Positions 8,035 through 16,458 of a DNA stretch of 64,000 nt are shown in pieces; positions within the stretch are counted from its first letter, which is position 1; every line of letters begins with the position of its first letter. The stretch is from Anaerolineae bacterium (GTDB lineage Bacteria; Chloroflexota; Anaerolineae; Epilineales; JAHCIE01). A model generated the notes under the pieces. It saw nothing but the letters and a program-made list of their open reading frames with translations, made no database searches and was not told the origin of the DNA. Position numbers and translations under genes: made by a program. The stretch is from contig JAXLWK010000004.1 in assembly GCA_046328525.1 (NCBI GenBank), forward strand, positions 212,221 to 276,220, read 5' to 3'.

Positions 8035-9918
8035 TCAATAGACATGGTAGAACACGGGGATCACCTGGCCGCTGTTCAGGCTGATGAACAGGCTGTAGCA
8101 GCCGCGCCCCGGCAGGCTCCAGGTGTACGCCCACGCCCGCTGCCCGGCGTTGTACCTCGGGTTCGTGCCGCTGATGCTCGCCGCCGTCGCCCCGGCCGGG
8201 TCCGTCGTGAAGCTGCTGCACGCCGCGCTCGACGAGTTGAGCTTGTAGCTGATCCCCGTCACCGTCCCCGCCGCTGAGATGGCCTGCCCGGCCGCGTCCG
8301 TCACCTTCCACTTCACCGAGGTATGCCCCAGCCCGATGCCCAGAGCGATGATGTTGTTGACGGCGGGCGGCGCGACCGTCGGTGAGGCGTAGCTGATGGC
8401 GTAGCCGACGGTGTAGCGGACGGCCTTGCCCGACTGGTTGTTGGCGTTGTCGCTCGCCGCGACTTTGAAGGTCCGCGGGCCGACCGCCGCCGTGCTGATC
8501 GAGCCGCCGCTGTTGACAACCCCGCCGCCCTGCTGCGTCCCCACGCAGGTCTTGACGCCGGTTCCGCCTGGATCGCTGCATGTGTAGCTCGCCGTGAGCG
8601 CCGCGCCGGTCACGTAGAACGCGCCGTCGGCCGGGCTTGTGATACTGATCGTCGGCGGGGTCGTGTCACTGCTCACCGTCAGCGTGGCCGCGTTGGTCAG
8701 CGACGTCCCGCAGCCGAAGGTGGAGGTGAAGACGGCGCGGTACTGCTTGCCGCTGTCGCCGGCCTGGGCGGTGAAGCTCAGCGTAGGCAATGTCGCGCCG
8801 GGGATGTCGGTGAAGGTCGCGCCGTTGTCGGCGCTCACCTGCCACTGCGCGGTCGGGTTGCCGGCCGCCGCCGCCGTGAACGTCGCCTGGCTGCCCAACG
8901 CGACCGTCTGGTTGGTCGGGTTCGTCGTCACGGTCGGGTTAAGGTGGACGACGAGGGGCGCCGCGTTCGACGTGGCCGTCCCCACGATGTTCGTGAACAC
9001 CGTCCGGAATAGTTTGCCGTTGTCCGCCACGTGGGCGGTAAAGGTGAATGTGGTGGAGGTCGCGCCGGCGATGTTGGTGAAGGTCGCGCCGTTGTCGGCG
9101 CTCACCTGCCACTGGGCCGACGGCGCCGGGCTGCCGGTCGCGGTCGCGGTGAACGTCCCCCCGCGGTTCTCGCACAGATCCTCCAACGGCGGGTTGGGGC
9201 CGTCAATGCCCTGCGGCGCAACGCCGACGGTCAGCGTCGCGGCGCTCGTCGGCGTCCGGCAGCCGAAGTCGGAGATGAACACGGCGCGGTACTGCTTGCC
9301 GCCGTCGCCGAACTGGGCGGTGAAGCTGAGAGTCGTGCCTGTCGCTCCCGGAACGTCGTTGAAGCTCACACCATTGTCCGTGCTGACCTGCCACTGCACG
9401 CTCTGGTAGGCAGTTCCCGCCGCCGTGAACGTCGCCTGGCTGCCGACCGCCGCCACCCCGTTCGTCGGGTTGGTCGTCACGGCCGCTGCCGTGTGGACGA
9501 TGAGCGTCGCCGCGCCGGAGGTCGCCGTGCCGGCCGGGTTCGTGAACACGGCACGGTACTGCTTGTGGTCGTCGGCGAGGTGGGCCGTGAACGTCAGGGT
9601 CGTGGACGTCGCGCCGGGAATGTTGGTGAAGGTCGCGCCGTTGTCCGCGCTGACCTGCCACTGCGCCGTAGGCGCCGGGCTGCCGCCCGCCGTCACGGTG
9701 AACGTCACCCCGCGGTCCTGGCAAATCTCCAGCACCGGCGGGTTGGGGCCGTCAATGCCGCCCGGCGCCTGATCGGCGGGGTTGGCGGTAGACGGGGCAG
9801 CGACGGAGGGCGGACCGCCGGCGGCGAGCGTCGGGCGGCCAGCGGCCAGAACGGCGGCGAGGGCGAGGAGAACGAGAAGGGTGCGAACAAACGCGCGCGA
9901 CCGGATGAGTGGCAGCAT
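8035..9918 (-). CDS. Secreted Ig-like repeat protein (multiple ~90-aa Ig/HYR-like modules) ending in a ~120-aa conserved C-terminal domain shared with the protein at 19364..23101
   Basis: Start MLPLIRSRAFVRTLLVLLALAAVLAAG with SD AGGAGGAAGT. Repeated modules ...QWQVSADNGATFTNIPGATSTTLTFTA...YRAVFTN.... C-terminus VGYAISYASPTVAPPAVNN...[25 protein letters not shown] parallels ...[19 protein letters not shown]...[25 protein letters not shown] of the other protein. Confidence 0.7.
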   Translation of the reverse strand: MLPLIRSRAFVRTLLVLLALAAVLAAGRPTLAAGGPPSVAAPSTANPADQAPGGIDGPNPPVLEICQDRGVTFTVTAGGSPAPTAQWQVSADNGATFTNIPGATSTTLTFTAHLADDHKQYRAVFTNPAGTATSGAATLIVHTAAAVTTNPTNGVAAVGSQATFTAAGTAYQSVQWQVSTDNGVSFNDVPGATGTTLSFTAQFGDGGKQYRAVFISDFGCRTPTSAATLTVGVAPQGIDGPNPPLEDLCENRGGTFTATATGSPAPSAQWQVSADNGATFTNIAGATSTTFTFTAHVADNGKLFRTVFTNIVGTATSNAAPLVVHLNPTVTTNPTNQTVALGSQATFTAAAAGNPTAQWQVSADNGATFTDIPGATLPTLSFTAQAGDSGKQYRAVFTSTFGCGTSLTNAATLTVSSDTTPPTISITSPADGAFYVTGAALTASYTCSDPGGTGVKTCVGTQQGGGVVNSGGSISTAAVGPRTFKVAASDNANNQSGKAVRYTVGYAISYASPTVAPPAVNNIIALGIGLGHTSVKWKVTDAAGQAISAAGTVTGISYKLNSSSAACSSFTTDPAGATAASISGTNPRYNAGQRAWAYTWSLPGRGCYSLFISLNSGQVIPVFYHVY

Positions 9919-9998
9919 ACTTCCTCCTGGATACGTCTTCGGAATATGCTTCACTCTACGGGGCCACCGTCCGGGGAACGTCCGGGCAGCGTCCGGTA

Positions 9999-11117
9999 TC
10001 AGACAATCAGCATGGCGTCGCCGAAGCTGAAGAAGCGGTAGCCCTCGGCGACCGCCTCGTCGTAGGCGGCGAGCATCGCCTCGCGCCCGGCGAAGGCGCT
10101 GACGAGCATCAGCAGCGTCGAGCGCGGCAGGTGGAAGTTGGTGATGAGGGCGTCCACGGCGCGCACCTGGTAGCCCGGCGTGATGAACAGCCGTGTCCAG
10201 CCGCTGTAGGGGGCGAGGGGTGGCGGCGCGGCCGGCCGAGGCAGCGCGGCGAAGTCCTGGGAATGGCCGGGGTCAATGCCCGCGCTCGCCAGCGCCGCCG
10301 ACTCCAGGACGCGCACCGCCGTCGTGCCCACGGCGACGACGCGCCCGCCGGCCGCCCGCACCGCGGCGATGGCCGCCGCTGTGTCCGCCGATAGCTCCGC
10401 CCACTCGCTGTGCATGACGTGGCTGCGGGCGTCCTCGACCTCGACCGGGCGGAACGTGTCCAGGCCGACGTGGAGGGTGACGAACGCCATGCCGATGCCC
10501 AGCGTGTCCAGCCGCTCGATGAGCGCCCCTGTGAAGTGCAGGCCGGCGGTGGGCGCGGCGGCCGAGCCGACGACGCGGCTGTAGACCGTCTGGTAGCGCT
10601 CCGGGTCGTCGAGATGTTCGTGGATGTACGGCGGCAGGGGGACGTGGCCGAGGTCGGGCAGCAGCGGCTCGACCGGCGCGTCGAAGCGCACCAGCCGCCC
10701 GCCGGCGCCGGTGACACCGACAATCTGGGCGTTCACCTGGCCGTCGCCGAACACCAGGCGTGCGCCGGGCGCGAGGCGGTGGCCGCGCGCCAGCGTCTCC
10801 CACGTCGTCGCATCCACGGGCTTGAGCAGCAGTAGCTCGACCCGGCCGCCGCTGGCCTTGCGGCCCAGGAGACGCGCCGGGCGGACGCGGCTGTCGTTGG
10901 CGACGAGCAGGTCGCCGGGCCGCAGGAGGTCGGGCAGGTCGCGGAAGCGGCGGTGACTACGGCGGCCGGAGGCGCGGTCGAGGACGAGGAGGCGCGAGGA
11001 GTCGCGCGGCTCGGCCGGCGTCTGGGCGATGCGGTCGGGCGGAAGGTGATAGTCGAAATCGCTGGTGCGCAAGGGTTGGGTCACGGCGTGGTCAACCGGG
11101 CGGTCAGGGCGTATCAT
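9999..11117 (-). CDS. queA: S-adenosylmethionine:tRNA ribosyltransferase-isomerase
   Basis: 372 aa; MIRPDRPVDHAVTQPLRTSDFDYHLPPDRIAQTPAEPRDSSRLLVLDR...GYRFFSFGDAMLIV is full-length QueA-like. Confidence 0.9.
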   Translation of the reverse strand: MIRPDRPVDHAVTQPLRTSDFDYHLPPDRIAQTPAEPRDSSRLLVLDRASGRRSHRRFRDLPDLLRPGDLLVANDSRVRPARLLGRKASGGRVELLLLKPVDATTWETLARGHRLAPGARLVFGDGQVNAQIVGVTGAGGRLVRFDAPVEPLLPDLGHVPLPPYIHEHLDDPERYQTVYSRVVGSAAAPTAGLHFTGALIERLDTLGIGMAFVTLHVGLDTFRPVEVEDARSHVMHSEWAELSADTAAAIAAVRAAGGRVVAVGTTAVRVLESAALASAGIDPGHSQDFAALPRPAAPPPLAPYSGWTRLFITPGYQVRAVDALITNFHLPRSTLLMLVSAFAGREAMLAAYDEAVAEGYRFFSFGDAMLIV

Positions 11118-11192
11118 CCAGATGGCTGATAGGCGTGTCGGCTTTCAGGGGGAAAGCATAGCACAGGGCCGTGTTTATGGTCAACTTAGTAT

Positions 11193-11220
11193 TGACAGTG
11201 CTTAAGGCGTGTGTTAGAAT
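11193..11220 (+). promoter_or_regulatory. Near-consensus sigma70-type promoter (TTGACA, 16 nt spacer, TAGAAT) in an AT-rich island
   Basis: attgacagtgcttaaggcgtgtgttagaat lies ~30 nt upstream of the SD AAGGAGGTG and the small ORF at 11251. Confidence 0.55.
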
Positions 11221-11250
11221 GGGGTTAAGAAATTCTAAGGAGGTGAACAA

Positions 11251-11349
11251 ATGGCGCGCATTCGACTCGCAGGTCTGACCATCACCGCCGCTGTGCGCGG
11301 CGCCGGTCTCGCCGTTGTCCATAGCCGTAGTGCGCCTGTTCACCGCTAG
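11251..11349 (+). CDS. Small ORF (32 aa, MARIRLAGLTITAAVRGAGLAVVHSRSAPVHR) forming a free-standing transcription unit; function unknown (leader peptide, small membrane peptide or toxin-like?)
   Basis: Perfect SD AAGGAGGTG 5 nt before the ATG. Its own promoter is at 11193 and an intrinsic terminator follows directly at 11363. Confidence 0.35.
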   Translation: MARIRLAGLTITAAVRGAGLAVVHSRSAPVHR

Positions 11350-11362
11350 GGATTGATCCCTC

Positions 11363-11397
11363 AGGCCGTGGGTGCGCTACACGCCCACGGCCTTTTT
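11363..11397 (+). terminator. Rho-independent terminator
   Basis: aggccgtgggtgcgctacacgcccacggcc followed by tttttcg. Confidence 0.65.
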
Positions 11398-11487
11398 CGT
11401 CTACACGCCCGTACCTGCCGTGGGCCGCCTGTCCGCCCGCGGCTTTTTGTGTGTCAAGTCGGAGTCGTTGCGAGGAGCGCGCCTTTC

Positions 11488-11625
11488 GGGGGCGTGGGGG
11501 GCGAAGCTCCCCACTGGCGAAGCAATCTCGCGGTAGGTGTATGTAGGGGCAGGTTTGAAACCTGCCCCTACGGAGACGGGGGATTGCTTCGCTCCACTCG
11601 CAATGACGGTCTTATACTCAGGAGG
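11488..11625. repeat. Composite repeat: family C element (..gcgaagcaatctcgcgg...ggattgcttcgctccactcgcaatgacgg) enclosing the hairpin gtaggggcaggtttgaaacctgcccctac (family F)
   Basis: The same hairpin recurs at 49516-49546. The family C termini match 14714-14835 and 61588-61702. Confidence 0.7.
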
Positions 11626-11634
11626 TTTCCGCCC

Positions 11635-12513
11635 ATGGAAGTCGCATATCGAACGGCCGCCGCGCCCGCCCGCGTCGCTGCCACAACGAGCGTCGCGCTC
11701 GGCGTCAGCGACGTAGTCAAGGGGTTCGATGGGGGCAAGGCCGGGAGCTGGTGGCAGCGGGTACGCGGCCAGGCGCCGGCGGTGAGCCGCGTGATGGCCG
11801 TGGACCACGTGAGCTTCGAGGTACGCCGCAACGAGGTGTTCGGCATCCTCGGCCCCAACGGCTCCGGCAAGTCAACACTCATCCGGCTCATCTCGACCCT
11901 GCTCATCCCGGATAGCGGCCAGATTAGCGTGTTCGGGTACGATGTTCAGCGCGATGAGCGCATTGTCAAGCGCATGATTAACCGCGTCTCCGTAGACGCC
12001 GCGTTCTTTAAGAAGCTCAGTCCGATGGAGAACCTGCTCTACGCCGGCCGCCTGTACGGCCTCGATGGGCGCAGCATCCGCGACCAGTCCACGGCGATCC
12101 TCAACCGCTTCGGGCTGGAGACCAAGGCGCTCTACGAGCCAATGGAGGACATGTCGCGGGGCATGCAGCAGAAGGTGGCGATTGCCCGCGCCTTCCTGAG
12201 CGCCCCGATGATGCTCCTGCTGGACGAGCCAACGACCGGCCTCGACCCGCGCTCCAAGCGCGAGGTGCAGGCCTTCGTCCAGGAGATCCGCCAGACCCAC
12301 GACGCGACCGTCCTGCTGACGACTCACGACATGGACGAGGCCGAGGCCCTGTGCGACCGCATCGCCGTCATCGAAGGCGGCAAGCTCGTCGCCCTGGACA
12401 CGCCGGCCGGCCTGAAGCGGCTGGTGGCCCGCGACGGCCACGAGCCGACCCTCGAAGACGTGTTCATGACCCTCACGGGCAAGCGTCTCGTCGAGGATGA
12501 CCAGGCCGCTTAA
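11635..12513 (+). CDS. ABC transporter ATP-binding protein
   Basis: SD AGGAGG then ATG. Walker A GPNGSGKST, ABC signature LSRGMQQKVAIARAF, Walker B LLLDEPTTGLD. The track ORF starting at 11353 over-extends through the repeat element. Confidence 0.85.
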   Translation: MEVAYRTAAAPARVAATTSVALGVSDVVKGFDGGKAGSWWQRVRGQAPAVSRVMAVDHVSFEVRRNEVFGILGPNGSGKSTLIRLISTLLIPDSGQISVFGYDVQRDERIVKRMINRVSVDAAFFKKLSPMENLLYAGRLYGLDGRSIRDQSTAILNRFGLETKALYEPMEDMSRGMQQKVAIARAFLSAPMMLLLDEPTTGLDPRSKREVQAFVQEIRQTHDATVLLTTHDMDEAEALCDRIAVIEGGKLVALDTPAGLKRLVARDGHEPTLEDVFMTLTGKRLVEDDQAA

Positions 12514-12581
12514 CGCGCGTACCGCTGACCCGTTGCTCATCGGTGCGTCGCCCAGCTACGACACGGAAGGAGGTCAAGGAA

Positions 12582-12656
12582 ATGAACACAGTAGACACCT
12601 CCCACACCTTGAGCCACGGAATGATCACGATTCGCAACCTGGGGGATATGCCATGA
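12582..12656 (+). CDS. 24-codon upstream ORF (MNTVDTSHTLSHGMITIRNLGDMP) translationally coupled (ATGA overlap) to the permease gene
   Basis: Strong SD GGAAGGAGGT 6 nt upstream of the ATG at 12582. Its stop TGA at 12654-12656 overlaps the permease ATG at 12653-12655. Confidence 0.25.
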   Translation: MNTVDTSHTLSHGMITIRNLGDMP

Positions 12657-13483
12657 CGCCAAGCACACTCATGAACGAGGTTCGATCCTCGTATGCGTTT
12701 GTCGAGCGCAACTTCAACCTGGTGCGCCGCTACTGGGGCTGGGAAGCCGTCTGGATCATGTACGGCGTCGCCAACGCCCTGGCCGTCACCTACATCGGCG
12801 CGGGCATGGGCGCTCTGACCGGCCAGCAGGTAGACACGAACTTCCTCATCCTCTACCTGCTGATCGGCACGGTCATTTGGCGCTACCTGTCCATCGTCTT
12901 CGACTCGCTTAGCGAGGTCATTATGTGGGAGCGGTGGGAAGGCACCATCGAGTATACCTTCATGGCGCCGGTCAACCGCCTCACCCATCTGGTCGGGCAG
13001 ACGATCTTCTCGATCATCTACGGCATCTTGCAGGCGGGCCTGATCCTGGTGGTGGTGGCGCTGTTCTTCCACCTGGACATGAGCCAGGCCAACTACCCCG
13101 CGGCGCTGGCCGTCATGCTGGCCGGGAGCCTGTCGTTCATCGGCGTCGGCATCATCGCCGCCGTCCTGCCGATGCTCTACCCGGAGCGCGGCGCCCAGAT
13201 GACGAACTTCGCCCAGGCGCTGTTCCTGCTGGCATCGGGCGTCTACTACCCGGTGAGCGTCCTGCCGAACTGGCTGCAAACCATCTCCCGCGTCTCCCCG
13301 GCGACCTACACGCTGGAGGGCGTGCGGGCGGCGCTGCTCGACGGCGCGTCGGTGCAGAGTCTCACGCCCATCATCGGGCTATTGATTGTCATCGGTCTGG
13401 TCACGATCCCAGTCGGGGTCGTGGTCTTTCAGTGGGGCGAGCGGTACGCGAAGCGCACCGGCAAGCTGAAGCGCAACGGATAA
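12653..13483 (+). CDS. ABC-2 type transporter permease
   Basis: 6-TM hydrophobic profile; ...NRLTHLVGQTIFSIIYGILQAGLILVV.... The ATG at 12653 is the first in-frame Met after the ATPase stop. Confidence 0.75.
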   Translation: MTPSTLMNEVRSSYAFVERNFNLVRRYWGWEAVWIMYGVANALAVTYIGAGMGALTGQQVDTNFLILYLLIGTVIWRYLSIVFDSLSEVIMWERWEGTIEYTFMAPVNRLTHLVGQTIFSIIYGILQAGLILVVVALFFHLDMSQANYPAALAVMLAGSLSFIGVGIIAAVLPMLYPERGAQMTNFAQALFLLASGVYYPVSVLPNWLQTISRVSPATYTLEGVRAALLDGASVQSLTPIIGLLIVIGLVTIPVGVVVFQWGERYAKRTGKLKRNG

Positions 13484-13493
13484 AGGAGACCTT

Positions 13494-14573
13494 ATGCTTA
13501 TCGAAACGTTTGACCCGAAGACGGCCGGCGATGCCGAGTGGCTCGCCCTGAACCGCTTCGCCAACCGCCGCCGCCAGGAAGAGTGGCCCCACGACCTGCC
13601 GGCGCCCGTCGAGAAGACGCGGATTGACATGACCGCCTTCAAGCAGAACACGCGGCGCTACCTGTGGGTCGTGTGGCAGAGCGAGGATATCGTTGGGACG
13701 GCGGGCCTGTATGTCGAGGACGCGCAGAGCAACACACACCTCGCCTGGCTCGACATGTGGGTGCTGCCGCACGCGCGCGGCCACGGCCTCGGCCGGCAGC
13801 TGCTCGCGCTGGCCGCCGAAGCCGCCCGGTCCGAGGGCCGCCGCCTGATCATGGGCGAGACGGACAGCTATGTCCCGGCGGGTGACACCTTCGCGGGGCG
13901 CCTCGGCGCGAGCAAGGGGCTTGTCGCCTACACCAACGAGTTGACCATCGCCGACGTGGACCGCGCCATGATCCGCCGCTGGATCGAGCGCGCGCCCGAG
14001 CGGGCGGGCGGCTTCAGCCTGGAGTTCTGGGGGAACGGTGTGCCGGAAGAAGACGTTGACCGCTGGATCCGCATGTTCGAAACGTCCATCAACGACGAGC
14101 CGCGCGGTAATCTGGAACTGGAAGACGAGAAGCTCACGCCTGACGAAGTCCGCGAGTGGGAACGTGTCCTGAGCCATCGCCGCGTCGAGGCCTGGACGGC
14201 GGTTGTGCGCGAGGACGCGACCGGCGAACTGGCCGGCTTCAGCCAGGTGCGCTGGAACCCCTACGAGCCGGACAGTATGTGGCAGGGCGGCACGGGCACG
14301 AGCCGCGCCTACCGCAACCGCGGCCTCGGCCGCTGGATGAAGGCCGCGATGATGGAGCGCATCCTGCGCGAGCGGCCGGATGTGAAGCGCATCCGCACCG
14401 GCAACGCCGAAGTCAACGCGCCGATGCTGAAGATCAACTGGGAGATGGGCTACCGTCCCACGAAGACGTGGACCACCTGGCAGATCGAGGTCGAGAAGGC
14501 GCTGGCGTGGACGGCGCAGGGGGCGGCCGTGGATAGCGCGGCCGACGACGCGCTGGAGAGCGCCGCCGCGTAG
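13494..14573 (+). CDS. Tandem-GNAT (two acetyltransferase domains; MshD/Eis-like architecture) protein, paralog 1
   Basis: SD AAGGAGAC. Acetyl-CoA motif A twice (HARGHGLGRQLLA; YRNRGLGRWMKAAMMERI). 359 aa. Confidence 0.7.
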   Translation: MLIETFDPKTAGDAEWLALNRFANRRRQEEWPHDLPAPVEKTRIDMTAFKQNTRRYLWVVWQSEDIVGTAGLYVEDAQSNTHLAWLDMWVLPHARGHGLGRQLLALAAEAARSEGRRLIMGETDSYVPAGDTFAGRLGASKGLVAYTNELTIADVDRAMIRRWIERAPERAGGFSLEFWGNGVPEEDVDRWIRMFETSINDEPRGNLELEDEKLTPDEVREWERVLSHRRVEAWTAVVREDATGELAGFSQVRWNPYEPDSMWQGGTGTSRAYRNRGLGRWMKAAMMERILRERPDVKRIRTGNAEVNAPMLKINWEMGYRPTKTWTTWQIEVEKALAWTAQGAAVDSAADDALESAAA

Positions 14574-14577
14574 ACCT

Positions 14578-14835
14578 GTCATTGCGAGACGGGCGATAGC
14601 CCGAAGAAGCAATCTCCCGATGCGGCGACGCCCAAGCTAGCCCGCTACGGAGCGCCGCTCACAAGAGCGGGAGGTTGCTTCGCTCCGCTGCTCAGAACAC
14701 ACACGACCGGCTGTCATTGCGAGGCGACCTTGCCGCCGAAGCAATCTCTCGCCAGGTGAAAGACACGCCGGCGCCGCTCAGACCGCCTATCGCAAGGGTG
14801 CGGGATTGCTTCGCTGACGCTCGCAATGACGGCTT
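14578..14835. repeat. Two adjacent family C MITE-like elements (each ~120 bp, TIR GTCATTGCGAG...CTCGCAATGAC)
   Basis: gtcattgcgagacgggcgatagcccgaagaagcaatctcc... and ctgtcattgcgaggcgaccttgccgccgaagcaatctctcgcc...ggattgcttcgctgacgctcgcaatgacgg. Confidence 0.75.
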
Positions 14836-14929
14836 GGCAGTGTTCTTGTGTCGGCGCATGCCACGCCAGGGCTTGGCGGTCTCGCAACGACAGCGCGAAC
14901 ACACGAAGGACATAGTTAAGGAGACTCGA

Positions 14930-15979
14930 ATGCGTATCGTCCGTTTTGACCCGTCGAGCGCGAGCCACAATGAGTGGACCGCTCTTAACCGTTTCTGGAA
15001 CAGCATCAATACGGAATACTGGCCGGAGGACCCGCCAGTCCCGGTCGAGAAGACGATCCTCGACTACACCAGCCAGCCGTCGTTCACGACCCGCTACCTC
15101 TTCGCCGCGTGGGACGCCGACGGCCACATCGTCGGCGCGTCCGAGGCGTATGTCCCCCACACCGAGGACAACCAGCACCTTGCCTACTGCGACCTGGCGG
15201 TCCTGCCGGCGTGGCGCGGCCAAGGCCTCGGCGCGCAGCTCCTGGCGTGCCTGGTCGAGCCGGCCCGCGCCGAGGAGCGCCGCCTGCTCCAGTTCTTCGT
15301 GGACGGCGAGCACAACACGACAGACATCGCGTTGGAGCGCGTCGGCAAGATGGGCATGGAGATGCGTCAGAACCAGCTCGACATCGCCAAAGTGGACAAG
15401 CCCATGCTGGACACGTGGATCGAGCGGGCCAGCGAACGCGCCGCCGACTTCAGCATCGGTTCCTGGGACGGCGTGTATCCTGAAGCGGAGATGCCGGGCA
15501 TCGTCCGCCTGTTCGAGGCGATGAACGACGCGCCACGCGGCGAGCTGGACTGGGAAGATGAGGTGGTCACGCCGGAGATCCTGCGCGAGTGGGAGCAGAG
15601 CGCGATGAAGCGCGGCGAGGAGCGCTGGACGGTCTTCACCCGCGACACCGCGACCGGCGAGCTGGCGGGCTACAGCCAGATCTTCATGCACCCGCTCCAG
15701 CCGACGGTCGCCTGGCAGGGCGCGACGGCGACGCTGCCGAAGTACCGCAACCGCGGCCTGGGCCGCTGGATGAAGGCGGTCATGCTGGAGAAGGTTATGC
15801 GCGAGCGGCGGCTGATCCAGTGCATCCGCACGGGCAACGCCGACAGCAACGCGCCGATGCTGAAGATCAACTACGAGCTAGGCTTCTACCACCGCAAGAC
15901 GTGGCAGATCTGGCAGATCGAGGTCGAGCGCGCGGCGGAGGTCGCCGCGGAGAGCGAGCCGATGGCGCAGGTAGCGTAG
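14930..15979 (+). CDS. Tandem-GNAT acetyltransferase, paralog 2
   Basis: SD AAGGAGAC then ATG (MRIVRFDPSSASHNEWTALNRF...). Parallel to paralog 1 throughout (AWRGQGLGAQLLA; YRNRGLGRWMKAVMLEKV). The track ORF from 14675 over-extends into the repeats. Confidence 0.7.
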   Translation: MRIVRFDPSSASHNEWTALNRFWNSINTEYWPEDPPVPVEKTILDYTSQPSFTTRYLFAAWDADGHIVGASEAYVPHTEDNQHLAYCDLAVLPAWRGQGLGAQLLACLVEPARAEERRLLQFFVDGEHNTTDIALERVGKMGMEMRQNQLDIAKVDKPMLDTWIERASERAADFSIGSWDGVYPEAEMPGIVRLFEAMNDAPRGELDWEDEVVTPEILREWEQSAMKRGEERWTVFTRDTATGELAGYSQIFMHPLQPTVAWQGATATLPKYRNRGLGRWMKAVMLEKVMRERRLIQCIRTGNADSNAPMLKINYELGFYHRKTWQIWQIEVERAAEVAAESEPMAQVA

Positions 15980-15984
15980 GCTAA

Positions 15985-16095
15985 ACCCGTCCCTCCATCC
16001 CCCACCCCCTTCCTCCCGCTCTGGGAGGAAGGGGAGCCAGACCGTCTCGCACCCCTCTCCCACAAGGGGAGAGGGGACGGGGGTGAGGGCCGAGG
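15985..16095. repeat. Family D GC-rich REP-like element cluster
   Basis: cccctctcccacaaggggagaggggacgggggtgagggcc plus ctcccgctctgggaggaagggga. Confidence 0.7.
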
Positions 16096-16099
16096 CTCC

Positions 16100-16380
16100 C
16101 CCCGCGCCGTCCGCCAGCGCCCGGCCCGCCGCTCCAGCCACAGCAGCGCCTGGTTGAGGCCGATGGCGACGACGGCGATGACCAGGACGCCGGCCTGTAT
16201 CTTGTCCGGGTTGTCCTGGGCAATCCCCTCGTTGAACAGCACCCCCAGCCCGCCCGCCGCGATTCACGCGCCGATGGTCGCCAGGCCCACGATGCTGACC
16301 ATCGCCAGGCGCACCCCTACCAGGATGATGGGCGCTATTCACTTGAAGGTACTGGACCGCCGCTAACCACGCATCCATAG
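16100..16380 (-). pseudogene. Remnant of the C-terminal end of an ABC transporter permease (NitT/TauT-like), with an in-frame stop
   Basis: The minus-strand translation reads ...APIILVGVRLAMVSIVGLATIGA*IAAGGLGVLFNEGIAQDNPDKIQAGVLVIAVVAIGLNQALLWLERRAGRW, a typical permease C-terminus. There is no N-terminal body or ATPase partner nearby. Confidence 0.35.
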
Positions 16381-16458
16381 AACCACTAACTTCCTGGCCT
16401 CAAGTTTCCTCAACGACACCCTCTTTCAGAGAGCGCCACGCCTGCAAACATTACCTGG

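Noticed and set aside
11353-11634. N-terminal 94-aa extension of the ABC ATPase ORF given by the track
   Set aside because: The extension reads through a terminator and a repeat element. A good SD+ATG at 11635 starts the conserved ABC domain.
14675-14929. N-terminal extension of the second GNAT ORF (track start 14675)
   Set aside because: It covers the family C repeat elements. SD AAGGAGAC plus ATG at 14930 aligns with the start of paralog 1.
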